Notes: generated by a model not told the origin, from the sequence alone. 63,837 bases of DNA, filler included, from Reclinomonas americana ATCC 50394 (GCA_048213135.1; 11 parts of 11 records of this genome joined end to end with filler, not necessarily neighbours in it); one strand, 5' to 3'. Shown: positions 13,701 to 27,680, counted from the whole stretch's first letter. Made by a program: numbers and translations.

Positions 13701-15760
13701 GTGACGAGAAAAAGGAGAGGGAGAGAGAGTGGGCTGAGGAGTGGTTATTCACCGACCACGCGCACAGTGCAACTTGCTGTTGGGCCTCGAAAAGTACAAG
13801 CGCACCGAGGCGTATCTCTGTCTCGGCGCACTGCCCGACGGTCGCGAGCACACGTGGGTGATGACGCGCGAGCCCGACGGCTCAGTGGTGTTCTGGGAGA
13901 CCACTTCGGGACGGCAGTATCAAGTTGCGACTGCAAGCATCACTTCTCCAGTCGTCGTCGTCGTCTCTCACTCGTCTACTGGCAGTTGCCGCAACGCTGG
14001 GAGGGACGGCGCGAAGACGAAGCCGAAGACGGCTATAATGCGAGTATCCCGACGGAGGCGGAGCTGGCGGCGGAGGGCATGGTCTCCATTGCGTGCGATC
14101 GCGTCGACGGTGCCATTGACAATGTGTGACACGATTGTTTCCCCCGATAGGTACGCGACGAAGACATGGTCGTGGTGCCTGGCGACACGTTTATCGACGT
14201 GCGCGACGTGCTCTTTGACCAGCTGGTGGAGGATGACCTCATGTTTGGACGGTACGCTACTCCGTGTCTTCCATACTCGTCTCATCCACTCACTGTGTTT
14301 TTTTCTTGTGCACACGTGCGCAGTCTGTCGGCTCGCCCGACCTCCAATCTCATGCAAAAGGTGTTCGACAGCGAGGTGCTCGACACGGCGGTGATGGAGG
14401 ACGCTGGACCTGCATCGTTGACCCCAATCGCGCTGCCGTACTCGCGCATCGATGTGGTCTTCAACAGTACCAACTTGTGGGCCAATGTGCAGGATCCGCG
14501 TCCAGGAGTTGCGTGGTGTGGTGTGCATGATGCGCGCGTATTTGCCGTCCTGTGTACCAACACATGTCACGTGCTACAGTTTGTCAAGTACGATTTTGAC
14601 GATGTTGCGCGCTGGGTGCCCTTCGTGTCGGACAGTCCCGAGCATGTGCGTCCTCATCGCTGTGCTTGCCCACGCTGTGTGCCATCCTCTCTCTCTCACT
14701 CCGCCATCTCCCCCGCCAGAGTTCTCTCCGACACCATCTGGTGTCCTTCTATCGCGAGGTGCCGCTGCAACCCCGACTTGCCGTCTATCGACTGCACAAG
14801 ATGGAGGAGGTGGTGCTGAAGGAGCTGCAGTGTTGCGTGCAGCTTGCTCGCGTACTCCATTTGCTTCCGTCCTCTTGCTGACTCGTACCGGTGCCGCAGT
14901 GTCATACTTTGTGTGGCGCAACAAGAACCACATGGACACGAAAGTGGTGAAGGAGCTGCGACGTGTTCTCCGGCACGGTCTGCGCATCATGGAACGCATG
15001 ACGGTACGTACGGTAGCATGTGCGACCCTGCACACTTTGCGTCTTCTCACAGAAGTGTTCTCTGTAGGTGGTGACTCCCTCGGAACTTGAGGCTCCAAAG
15101 AAGCGCCTAGCTGAGCTGCAGGAGAAGCTCAAGGGGCTTTTGGAGGACGCCAAAGTGGAGAATTCACCCGACGGACCCAGTGCGATTACGCGCACAGAGA
15201 TTGAGCGGGTCACGAAAGAAATCAAGGATCTCCGTCTGCAGATTATGGACTGGGGTGTGTGCTGCATCTATGTTGCTGTGCATCTGACGGCGATGCTCAC
15301 CTTGACGCTCTCCCACACAGACCTCGACGCGTGGAAGGGCATGCTGCAAGAGGCTGTTCCGCCGGGACAAGACTTTATCGGTCGGCCCTTCTGCTTCGCC
15401 TACCACGACGAAATCCGCATCCGCAAGGTTCGTGCGCGTTGCTCTAGAGAAGATCTCTAGTGGATCCATTCATTCACCTCTCTCCCGATCCCCCATCACA
15501 GTACATTATGAAGAACTTCCCAGTTCACGAGGAGACTGACAAGGACGTGCAGTTCGCATTCAGCACCTATGTTGAAGGCTACAGGAACCAAACTGTGGCT
15601 GTGTGGGTCTACGTGGCTCGCATGAAGCCGGTGCCACCTGGCCAAGGTACGTTGCTGCGTGTGTGCTTGCGTACGTGCCACACGATCATGCTGACCACTC
15701 GACCACTTCGCAGAGATCGAGGTGGACAAGACGCTGGACGACCTGGCTCCAAGTCTATGA
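10749..15760 (+). CDS. Multi-C2-domain protein with CEP76/CC2D2A-type transglutaminase-like C-terminal module (ciliary/centriolar)
   Basis: C2 motifs include SDPFVHV, LQVVVYDWDAMENTKIG, SDAFVVVRY and IEVFDEDRDGNDFLG. The motif GKGDSEDHAILM|CNLLLGL..AYLCLG..HTWVMT..VFWETTSG follows. About 20 introns; TGA at 15758-15760. Confidence 0.8.
11669..11757 (+). other. U12-type (minor spliceosome) AT-AC intron
   Basis: 5' end ATATCCTTT, branch sequence TCCTTGAC at 11732-11739, 3' end TAC. Removal restores the frame (SGAS-TAMRLDFE). No AG acceptor is available in 11700-11766. Confidence 0.88.
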
Positions 15761-15762
15761 TC

Positions 15763-16953
15763 TCAGTCGTGCTTTCGTGGCACCACATGCACCTGTGCGC
15801 GACGTAGAACATCCATGGTAAAACTGCCGGTTGTATGCAACACCGAGGCGAAGATCGCCAGCCCTACATCGTGAATGCGTGTCAGCGGTGCGTCCTTGCA
15901 GCACATCTTCAAACCGCAACGCACCCAGCACCGAGTACACGGAGACAAACAACTTTCCACCGACAGTCACCGGCACCACGTCGCCAAAGCCGATGGTGGC
16001 CAGCGTGGTCACCGCTGTGTGACCAACATGTAAGGCAGTGCAGCTCGCAGGATACGCAAACGGGAACGAACCAAAGTAGAAGGAGGTGTGAAGTGACCAG
16101 CCCTCGAGTAGAGCCATGCACACTGCACCCACTGCCGTATGCGCACCACGTGTGTGAGCGAAAGAGGATAGACGATAGATCCACGTGCAATGCCACCAAC
16201 CAGCCAACATGATCCCACAGGCCGCCAACAGGCCCCAACGCCCTCCACGCGCATCAATGGTCGGCGTGGTGACCTCCAGAACCCGATTGACAAGCACAGC
16301 ATACACACCCCTGCGCCATGTGAGCAACGCGCGGCAATCGACGATCATGAGAAGTGACGCAACATGCACATGATTGCATACACCACAAAGCACCACTGCG
16401 TCCCCTCGCCGCCACATCAGCATCACCACCAACGAGGCAATCGACGCCGTCAGAAAACTCACCCTCGAAAACGCATGCGTCGGCATCAAGTCACCAAAGC
16501 CGATCGTGGACAACTGCAACACCAACGTGAGATCACCAAAGAGCGGCGAGTGCAAGACACACAAACCGATGTGCACGAAAAGTAGAAAGCATCGACGGCC
16601 GTCCACCCCTCCAGCGTCATAAACAGCAGCGTACCAAAGCCGACGACCACCATCGAGGCAAGCATCACTGCAATCAATCAATCAATGCCACACACGCTCA
16701 CACACTCACGCAGAGGCACCCACTCACCACTAAGAGAGGTGACCGACGTCGCCGCCTCACCCGCCACTGCCGACGATCCAGTCGAGGCGCCAACTGCAGG
16801 CGACACCTCGGCCAGTGGCGCAATGAGCCCGAGATCGCCAGCAGCAGAGGAAGCAGCAGCAGCAACAGCAGTAGGCACCACCGGCTGCGTCACCGCCACA
16901 AAGACACTACGCGAGGCGTCGCCTCCAGTGGCAGCAGCCCCCGTTGTCGCCAT
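15763..16953 (-). CDS. Two-pore-domain (K2P/TPK-like) potassium channel
   Basis: Two pore units, EGWTAVDAFYFSCTS|LSTIGFGD and EGWSLHTSFYF|AVTTLATIGFGDVVP, with flanking TM helices. Confidence 0.9.
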
Positions 16954-17005
16954 GGATGCCGCGAAAAAAATAGTAAACGAAATTGAGACGCTTTCACCAC
17001 ACGAG

Positions 17006-20000
17006 ATGTCACGCGCTGCCAGTGCCGCGGCAGGCCCGTCGGCGACTGCCAGTGCGGCGGTGGGCGATGGTGAGGACAGCAATCGAGTGGTGTTGAAGGC
17101 GGAGAAGCTGGCGGCACGCAATCCCGTGGCCAAGGTCGACGACTTTTCCGAGGTGCTTTCGCTGCGTGCGCTGTCGGCGTCGCTGCTGCGGCCCGACGCC
17201 GACAAGCTCAAGAAGCTGTACATTTCGCTCAATGCGGAGGGCGACACCAAGACGTTGCGTCTCTGTGTGTGTGTGTGTGTGTGTGTGTTGTGTGTGTGCA
17301 TTGATGATGATGATTGACTGCAATTGGCGCGCGCAGGTTCCGTCTGCGATCACTCGACGGTCTCGCCAACTTGGTGAAGCGCAAGAATGCGTCGATACGT
17401 GGCCTTGATGTGTCAGGCAAGTGACGCTTTCCCCACCTCTCGCTCTTTGTGCATGCGTGGTCGACGGCTGAACGCTGTTGGCAGGCAATCCGCTGAGCGT
17501 GTTGACGCTGCCGCCGGAACAAGGGTTTCCCGGCAGCACCAAGAAGCGTGGCCTGGTGACGCTTCGGCATCTTGCTGCTCGTCGGTGCCAGCTGCACACG
17601 TTGGGCATCAAGTGGAGTTACCAGGCGCTGGTGGAGCTGGTGGAGCTCGACTTGTCGCACAACAATGTGAGTGGTGCTCCGTCCGCTCCGGGTTTGTGTT
17701 TCTCTCTGTTGGTGACCTCGGCGGCGCGCAGTTGGTGACATTGGATCTGCCGCGACTGCCTGCGTTGAAGAAACTGTTCGTGAGTCACAATCGGCTCGTG
17801 GCGCACGCCAGTCGTGGTGACCCGGATCAGCACATCTTCCGCACCATTGTCGACTCGTGCCCCGAGGTACGCATCCTTTCTCTCTCTTGCTCTGTGCCTC
17901 GGTGTCTTTGTTGCCGGTTGTGTGACCACTACGGCTGCAGTTGGTGGTCCTCGACGTCTCCGACAATCAGCTCAAGTACACGGACGCTCTCCGGATGGGT
18001 GTGGTGCGCAACACGCCCCACTCGCCCTCTCTTTCTCTCTTTTCTATTCGCTTGTCTCATTCCACCGGTGCAGGAATTCACCACGCTTCAATCGCTGCTG
18101 CAACTCACTGATGTGTGGATCAAGCGCAATCCGTTCACGCTCTTTGTCAACGACTACCGCAAGGCGGTGATCAAGTTCGTGCCGCATTTGAAGCGCGTCG
18201 ATGGCGAGCCCATGACCCGCGCCTTCAAGGAGAATGTGATGCGCACCTACGAGCCGGCGTTCAGCCCCTCCGACGAGGCTGCCGCCGACATTCTCGCCGA
18301 ACAGGACGTGTCGACGGAGGCCATCCTGGAGCCAGACGTCGACGATCCGATCGAGGCATTGGCTGCCGAAGGTGTTTGCTCTCCGGCCTCTGGAAAGATG
18401 CCGCCAGTCGACTCATTGTGTATTGCGTGCGCTTGACAGAGGTGACGAGTCCTGGAGTGGAGCTGGTCACCGACAGTCGTCGGCAGCCTGTGGGTCACAT
18501 GACCACGTTTCGCGACTACCAGTCGACGATTGACCTGCTGCAGTCGGGCGATGGGCACATTTCCGATCACGATCAGCACCTGCTGCTGGAGTCGTTGCAG
18601 CTGACGCTGCTGAATGTGCGCACCGTGGAGCAGTTCTTTGCGGATTTCGAGTGCGACTTTTCTGTCGCTGTTGTGGACCGTCTGTGGCGCTGCGTCACGG
18701 GGCACATGGATGTGGCGCGCAAACGACGCCGCCTGTCGCTGCTCTACTTGTTGTACCTGTCAGAGGACACTCGAGTTGCGCTGCAATCCTGTGGCGAGTT
18801 CCTCTATTTCATGTCGTCGTCACGCTCAATCTCGCCTGCTGCAGGCAAGCCGGCTTGCTCTCCGCAAAATCCTGGCCGCCACCACGGAGAAAGCACTGCA
18901 GTCGGACACCACCGTCAACTTGCGTTCTCGTGTGGAGCTGCCCACTGGCGACGACCACTACTATGCGTTGACCGTGGCCGTCAACGTGCTCACTCGGGTG
19001 AGGACTGTCAACTCGTCGCTTTAACGTTCCTGTGCTTTTTGTGCTCACTTGCTCGACGCAGAGTGCCAAGTTTCATTCGTGGCTGCACACTCAAGTCGGC
19101 GAAATCGGCGCTCAACCGACCGGCAACACAGTGAATCTGTTGGCGCTGCGTGCCGAGACGGCAGTTGCTGCGAGTGCCAAGGCCGGCAGCAAGAAGGGCA
19201 AGATCCGTCGCGAGGCAGAGATCGCCGAGCGCAATCTGAGAATGGCACTGGGCGAACACGTGAGTGATTTTGCTGAGGGGGGCAAGCGGGCGCATGCTCG
19301 ATGGGCAAGTATCTCACTGTGATGCTCGACGACACAGCTCATGCTCAATTACATTCACGAGCAGCAGCCGCGTGCCAAGGGCCGTATCCGCATCATTCGT
19401 GCGTCAAAACGCGCCGTTGCGATGTGCAAATCTCTCGCTCACCGATCTTTTTTTCGTGCACACAGTGTCTCGACTGGGAGAGGGAAAGCGAGCACGTGTT
19501 ACGGCCAAATGGACTGGTCGGAGCATCGAGCGGTTCGGCAGTCGTGGCGAGACAGTGGTTCCATTGCCGGCCATCAACGTGACTCGCGAGTGCAACTTTG
19601 CTGGCGTCTTCGAGGGAACCAGCAGCTTGATTATCATGTGCGTTGTGTAGGCGCGTATGTGTGCACGTTTCTCGTCCCGTTTTCCTCACGATCACCGCAG
19701 TCCCACACACACGCAGGGAACACTGGAGGTTGAGGTTGACGGCTACCCGGTGTTCTCCTTCAATGTCACCAGTCCGTGGCGTCCAGTGGCCTCCTTCTAC
19801 CCGCTGTTGGCACCGTTGAGCGGTCCTGGTATGCCGGCACCGGGCGATGCCGATGTCGATGGTGATCCGTGTGTTCGCGATTTCGGCATTCTTGTGGCCA
19901 GTCGGGAGCGTGCATCTGTGGCGCACAACCTGCAGTGTTATGTGGCCTACGAGGTGTGTTGACGACCATACATGCGCGCGTGCTCTGAAGAAATGGTTCC

Positions 20001-23000
20001 TTGACCGCCCACACGCCTTTGTGTGCGTAGCCCATGAACACTGTGCCGGAGCACCCCATCGACTACTTTGCGCGAGCCGTCACCACACTTGCCGACCGAC
20101 GACCCATGGTTTTCCGCTCATTCTATCGTGACGTGCTACCTGTCACGGTCAGCATTGTGCAGTCGTTCCGCCGTTGCGTTGGAGGGATGAGGTCACGCTT
20201 GAGCGTGTCGGAATGCGTCAGTCACAATGTGCCTGTGAGTAGTGTACCCGGCGGGTGTGCTGGAGCTACTGGTGCGGTCACTCGAGCATCCACGAGCGGG
20301 ACCTGTGCTGGCAGAGTCGCGCAAGCTGCCACGTCGTATTCAACAGAATCGAGCCTTTACAGGGTGCGTAACCAACATTTACCTGCATCTCTCGCGCACC
20401 GCACTCAATCTCGTACGGTCAGTGCCAACACGCGTCTCACCGACCACCGGCGCAATTTGTCCATGCGCTGCATGGGCCTGCTGTGCGAGCTCGACGCCGA
20501 CACTCTGGCCTACTTTGTGCGCAAGGGCTACTACACGTTGCTCCGTGAGGAACTGCGTGAGGTGCGCTGTCCCCTTCTCCGTGTTATAAGCATCACCCTT
20601 GCGTGTGAGCTAACGACGTGCTGTCATGTAGCAACTGGCGGCACGCAACCGCTTCTTGGAAACCAATCGGTAAGTTTCCTTCTCCCTCTGTGACCCACCC
20701 GCCGTCTGTGGAATTTTGACTGTGTTTCGTCGTAGGGACGGCATGCTGGACCCGGAGAGCACGGAGATCATTGCGGCTCTCATCTCGTGCATCACGCACT
20801 TGACGCTGGATCGGAGCACGCTGGGCCGCGCCTTCCAAGACAACTATTGGCGCCACATTATTGCTGTTTCGGCTCCCTCGTCTACTGCTTTTCTGATCTG
20901 TTCTCCACGCACTGACTGGCTGCTCCTCGCCACAGCTGCTTCACGAAGACGAGCGGCACATCAACCCAGTGCTGGCACAGGAAGTTGTCGTTTCGGTGCG
21001 TGTGTTCATGGAGCGCTCGCAGCGTGCCGGACGCACCACCGAGCGGCAGGCACTCATGCGTGAATCTGGCTCGTCGCTGGTTTCGCTGGTGCGAGTGTAC
21101 TCGGCTCATTGGGACATGGTGCTGAAGCGCCTGATCACTAGTCGCGGCAAAGTCTCCGAACGCGATCGTTCGGCTCCCGACGAGAGCTCCGGTCTGACAC
21201 TCCAGCAGGAGCCCGGCTCCACCTCGGCCGATGCGTCGCGACTCGACAGTGTGCTGGGTGCGTGTGTCCGTGTGCGCTTGCGCGCGCGTGTGTGTGTGTC
21301 TCGCGCGTAACCCGTGTCATGTGTGTGTGCGCACAGAGTCCGTGGCCAGTGCCAATCGCGACTACATGAAGCTGGAGAAGACCAAGGATCCGGCAGACTT
21401 GGACGAGCTGACGGTGGAGTTTGCCAAGCTGCAGGCTGGCCCTGAAGAAGCGCAAGTCGTCGTTGGCTTTCTCTTGCAGTTCTTGCAGTTGTTGGTTCGT
21501 TCTCCTTTTGTCGTGTGTCGACAGAAACAAGGGGGAGTGACTCTCGGTGCACATCGCAGCTTCACATCTTGCAAGCTTCGGTCGATGAGGACGATCCAAC
21601 ACGGCGACTGGCAGTCAGTGTTGTCCGCGACTTGCAACTCGAGGCACCGCGCTACGATACAGCCGCCACTTCTGCTGTCACTGCTCCTCGAAACCGCGGC
21701 ACCGCTCCGGTCCCCGGCACCGAGGTCACTCCGTTCAGCCTGTTGCAGGACTTTCTTCTCAAAGGCTTCCAGCTGTCGGAGCCGTGGGCATGCTACTGCT
21801 TTGGGGCCATTCCGGGGCAGTTGCGTGCTGCAGCGAGGCCAACTCGCTTGCACCCAGTTGTCATGCTTACACGGGTGATATTGCGTCGTCAGCTTGCTGG
21901 AGCTAAAGCAAGTCGAGGCACTCTGGCAGTGGCTGTCGGCCAAGGAAGTCATTGACTTGCTCCGCGGTCTGCCCGTGTTGTTATACACCCACCAGAAGAG
22001 TGTTTTTTGTGCAGTGACTGATCTGTCAGTCCACAGGCAACACCGAGTACATGGTGGTCGGTGCACTGGCCGCATTCCAGCGTGGACTGCAGGGCAAGCG
22101 AGGCACGAGTTGCGTGACGCAGTATGCCTCCAAGAAGCGTGTCATGTTACTCGCCTCATGCCTGCTATCAACAACAGGCGCCTACTTGCAGAGCAACTTG
22201 TCGCAGATTGTGCGCACAGTGCTGGAGATTCTGCGTGTGAATGTCAACACGTCGCGCACGCGGGAGAGCGAGAAGGAGGAACAGCACGCACTCAGCACGG
22301 GTTGTGTGGCCTTCCTTCGCGCCGTCGAGCCATTCCATCCCGCCATTTCGACTCTCAGCTACATTGATGCGCGGCAGACCATGTTGCGTTGCGCAACAAC
22401 GCGAGAATTGTGGCGCGCACTGACTGACAACCCTTGCAGGCGCACCATCTTGGAGCACGACCAGCGCGAGGAGCAGGAGGCGGATACATTGCTGGCCGCT
22501 GGCGGCGGAGACTCTGCGCCGTCGGGCAACACCATTGTGCGGCGCGAGGTGCCGATCGAGTGCACCGTGATCGGCAAATCTGTGCAGGTCTTTGCTGTTG
22601 GAGAGCTTACCGGTGGAGGAGTTTCACTCATGTTGGCACACATTTGTTGCACAGCACTTGATGGAGTCGCTGAACGTGCTGCAGCGAGGCAGTCGCACGG
22701 AGGCTCGCGTCATGGCGCGTCTAGCTGAAGTGCTGGAGGGCGACTTTTGTCAGGAGATGCGTTCGCAGCAAATGTGGACCATTCTGCAAGTGGGCGAACT
22801 GCGTTGCATGAAGCAGCTGAAAGGCGACGACGACTCGGTTCGTCCGCGTGTCTTTCTATTGCCTGGATGGTGTGGCTCATCAGGCGTACGCAGGAGTTTT
22901 ATCGCGATCCGACCGCCGACGACGACAGCCGTGTCGCCGATCCCCAGTGGTGGACTTTGGCCGACATCTCGGCGGAACCCAGTTGCGTGTCGCACAGCGT

Positions 23001-26000
23001 TCGCACTCCTCTGTCTTGTGCTGACCGACCGACCGTCTGCAGTCACCGAGCGTGATGCGCGACTCAAACAGCACGAAGACGTGTACAACACGGGCGGACA
23101 CGTGGAGGCCCTGAAAGTGTTGGGTGCCGAGGAACAGGCGAATGCATTCCTGGCGGCCGATGGTCGGCGAGCTGCCGCCGCACTGGTGCCAGGGGGTGCT
23201 GCGGACTCGGAGAAGTCGTCGGACTTTGCGAATAAGAAGGACGTCTTGTTTTCGGCAGTTGCGTCGTCCTTGCTGGTGCCAGCAGAATGGCCACTCTCTC
23301 CTGATCGCTCCACAGGTGCGACGTGAGGTGCGTCGTGTGGTGGAGACCACGCTGGAGCTCGGTCGCCGCGTGGCAGAACCGTCGAACAAGCATCAAGCCA
23401 ACGCGGGTCGCCGCGAGTACGCCGACACTTTTGAGGCGGCGTATCAAAGCCAGAGTGGCGGAGCAGGGCCTTCCAAGAGTGGCAGCAGTCGCGATCTCAG
23501 CAAGCATGTTGCGCTCTCCACTCCCGCCCCTTCTTCGTCTCTGTCCATACACGCTCATACATCCTTGTTGCTGGTTCTCGCAAAAGGTCTTCCGCGGGCA
23601 GCGAGAGGACGCTGCCATGTCGTCGCGGCGCGTCGAGGAGGATGTCGAAGATCGGGACGATGCCGATGAAGAGCCAGTTGAGTGCTGTTGTTCGTGCTTG
23701 ACGGGGTACGATGCCTATGCTTACGTGCGCAACAGCGAGCTGCGCCGGGTTCGGCTCGCAAACTCGTCACCACCATGAACATGGAGGAGCTGGCGAAGAA
23801 CAAGGTTGGGTTGGCAGCCGTGAACGATTGGACTGTACGTCGCTCACATGTCATTTGCAGATTCGCGACTACCACCAAGGCAAAGTGTCGTTTGCCGACG
23901 CCATGCGGTCCATTCGACATGGCCAGAACATCCTCATGGATCGCGGTGGTGGAGGTGGCTCGGGGTCGGGGGGGCCAGATCTCACCCTGTTCGAGTTGCG
24001 TGCACTCTCACCGCTCCATGTCCACGCTCGGGTGACGCTGACCGCGTCTCGTCGCGGCAGGCGCCTGCAAGATGTCCACGATCGAACACGGATGACCACG
24101 GCGGCGACACGGGGAGCTCGTGACCGCTCGGACGTGACGACGGCGTCGTACAGCTACGCCGAGACCTTCCGCAACAATCTGCGGTAAGTGCGCACTTCTT
24201 CTCCGCACTCACACGCTCAGTGTCTCACTGTCACGTGATGACCAGGCGTCTGTTCCAGTCCATGGAGCGCATCAACGAAGAGGGCGGCGATGTTGGCACG
24301 ACGCTCAAGGCCAAGACGCCGGAGGAGGGCGAGGAACTGTTGCCGGTGCAAAACATTCGACACTGGCGCTACCTCGATCCGGTGACTGGCGAGGACCCGA
24401 CGGATGCTCGCCGCACACTGGTTTGCGTTTTGATCCTCGTGCTGTGCTGTGAAGCCGCGACCGGGAACTCATGCGACTAACACAGGGCGCATCGATGGCA
24501 CTCAACGAGAGTCGAGACGTGCTGTGGCAGACGGCGGAGACCGCACTGCAGATCCACTACCGCATTCCCTACATGAAGCTGCCGGATTCCACGATCAAGA
24601 CCTGTGAGTGGCGAACCCGGTCCACATGTGTGAGAATGTCATTGACTCCGTACTCCAGATTTCGCCGCATCGGCCTCTGTGCGCATGCTGGTGGCTCTGT
24701 TGCGATACGGACCGCCAGACGAACGCTCAGGAAATCCACATCGAGACTGCGAGCGCACCAACCGAGTTGCGTTCGCGTGTTGATCGGATGCCTGTCGCTC
24801 ACACTGACGCTTTTTGACACCCATACAGGGCACGCTGCTGACTGAGCTGCGCCAGACGACATTCATTCGTACACTTGACAAGCTGGTGAAGGAGGGCGAG
24901 TACTTGTCTCAGGACATTGGACTCGGCGCCTTGCATCTGATTGGTGGGTTTCGACTGCTTTGCTTTACTGGAAACAAAAATATGTCACCTCTGACCATGG
25001 TCTGCACACGTACGCAGAGGAGATTATTCGCATGCCGGCTCGGCAGTGCATTGTGCCGACGTCGAGTGTGGACTTGTTTGAGTCGGTCAAGAAGATGATG
25101 GAAAAGTGCACGAGTTACCTCTCGCGTCGGCTGGATTCGGGCACTCCGTTGACGCGCCACGAGATGATTTTTGCACAGCAGGTGGGATGTTGAGGGGTGA
25201 ATGTGAATGTGTGTGCAAGGTTGCTGATGCTTCTCGTTGGCAGTGCTGTCGCGTTCTGGAGATCATCTGCACGCAGCTGCGGTACATTGTGTTCTTCCGC
25301 GACCAGGAACTGGATCCCGCCGTCGATGGAGTGACTCGAGATGTTTGTGCCTTCACCTGGCGGCACGCGTTGTGCACTGTTGCTGATTCGTCGTCTCGCA
25401 GGCACTGCAAGATCTCTGCGTCGAGCGACTGCTGGTCCGACTGGTGCCACCAAAGATGCTGACGCTCATCGTACGGCTGTTGTTCTTCGCGAACAGCATC
25501 TCGGATAGCACACAAGTGGAGCTGCAACGGTGTGGATGATGGGACGCGTGTGTGTTGCCATGGCAGTCACTCAATTGACCACGCGCGCTGCAGTCTCATG
25601 GAGGAGAAGTTGGCAGAGCGCGATGGACCGCACAGCAAGACAACGGTGGATCTCGAGGGCTTTGCCGCGTTTGACGCCGAGGGTCAGGAGATCCGCAGCA
25701 CCGAGCAGAAGCAAGGTGTGTGCTTGTATCTCGTGTTTATTTGTCACGCCTGTATGTCCTCACTCGTTTTGCAGAGATTCAGCGAAGACGACGCGTCTCG
25801 GTGTACAGTGAACTGCGCAAGTGCGATGTGGCCGACCGTATGGTCGAGTCGTGCACCTCGCTGCTGTCGTTGTACATGGAACTGCACGAGCAGCTGACGC
25901 ATTCGGTTCTGCTCAAGTTCATTCGCGTCGAGGTGAGTGACCTCTGACGTGGGGGCAGCCACTTGCGGCATACTGACAACATTCTTTGTTCTCGCTTTGG

Positions 26001-27575
26001 CAGGCCACGCAAGAGAAGCAGCTGCGCGAGTCTGCGTTGCAAGAGCTGCTGGACGCCGTGGAGGAGCACACATACGGCAAGGCACTGGAGCGGTATCTGC
26101 GAGCCCACAACTTTGTGGAACGCGACGATCGCATCCTGCAGTACGTCGTCACACCGACGTACTGGCAAAAGAAGGTGAGTGCTGCTGTGCGCGCATTGAG
26201 CTGTGCGCAGAGTGACGCACCACTAACGAGTCGCGTGTGTGCACAGGACGACATTCTAATGGTCGTGGTGACGACACGCAACCTGCTCCTGTTGAATCCG
26301 GTGCCGAAGAAGAAGCAGTGTGAAGTGTGCCCGCCGTCGGCGTTCTGTCCTCGTGGACCCACCATCTTCCGGTCAATCCCACGCATGGAGATCAAGGGCA
26401 TTTGGTCGGGACTCAACAAGGCTCGATTCGGCGTACAACACAGTCGACTGGTCGACCGACACACTGGCAAAGAGGACCACGTGTGGTACCTGTTTGCTCC
26501 GTTCGACATTCGCCTGTCTCGTCGTATGCTCGACGCCCTGGTGGAGTTGGTGCCGGAGGCCACCATCTTTGAGGACACCTTGTCGCCACTTGTGCTGCGC
26601 CACGCCATTTACGATTTCCGTGCCAGCTGTGGCAAACTGGTCGATGGTAAGTCCTTCAGTGTCGGCCACCTCGTGTTGTAGCAATATTCTCACGCGCTGT
26701 GCTGGCGCGCAGAGTTGCGACCGCTGCCCGGTGCGCCATTGTCACACATCGACATTGGCGTGTCGAAAGACAGTGGTGGCGACAAGCTGGCGGGCTTTGA
26801 GGACGAGGGCCCGAGCGAAGACGATGGCGACACGCAGTTCGACGACATGGATGCACTGCTGCATGAAGCTCTGGGGTGCGTACGTATGCACGACAACGTG
26901 TAGCGTTTGCTCTGCTAACGACGGGGACAGGAGCTTTGGGCGTACCACGGGTCTCAGTCCCGAGCGCCTCTTCTTCATGTGCCCCGTGCAGTTGGCTGTC
27001 GGCTCGGATACTTGCGATCGGCTGCTGCTTGTCTCCGATCGAGGCGTCTACGTCATGTTTGAGAAGCTGGAGCCGTATGTGCGAGAAGTGGCGGGGGCGC
27101 ACGACATGGTTCACGGAAGGGATGGAGTTCGCGGTCATGCTTCCGGTTCGCTCGTGTTTTTCATTTGTCCACGAATGTCGAAAGGCATGCTGCATCTCAC
27201 CAGCCGTGGCGCACAGGTGTGCTGTCAGTGGAGGAGGAGGCGAGGCAGAGGGCGGAGCGCATCCGTAGCATTCTCAGGTCCTGCAAGGACGCGTACCGCA
27301 TCGCCAGCTTGATCGAGCTGGACGAGATTCGCGAACTCCGCCGCGGCGACGGTGTGTACCCGAACATTGTGATGAAACGAGTGTCGCCTCTGGCGCGCAA
27401 CGAAGACGAATCGGAGACGGTTTGTGGTATCGATAAGTGTGTGTTTCTTTTGGGCGAAACTAAACGGTGCGCTGGTTCGCAGCTCGCCTTCTACTTCCAC
27501 TCGGACGCCACTTGCGAGGAGGGTTTCCGCGTGATGCGCTTTGTGGCATACTTGGGTGTGGACGACAAGGCGTGA
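17006..27575 (+). CDS. Giant multi-exon protein with N-terminal leucine-rich repeats and long alpha-helical (ARM/HEAT-like) regions; function unknown
   Basis: LRR motifs LDVSGNPL, LVELDLSHNN, LKKLFVSHNRL and LDVSDNQL, plus LRRcap YRKAVIKFVPHLKRVDG. The frame is traceable through about 40 introns to TGA at 27575. Confidence 0.75.
17417..17484 (+). other. GC-AG intron
   Basis: CAG|GCAAGT donor. Of the donors checked, only this one restores the LRR motif LDVS-G-NPL in frame. Confidence 0.75.
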
Positions 27576-27680
27576 ATGTAGTAATGAGAACAAGTGTTGC
27601 AATGTGGGTGTGTTGTACTCTAGGGGTTGGTGAGGAGCACGCCTCCGCGCTACCATCACCTCTATAGGCACACTGCTTGC

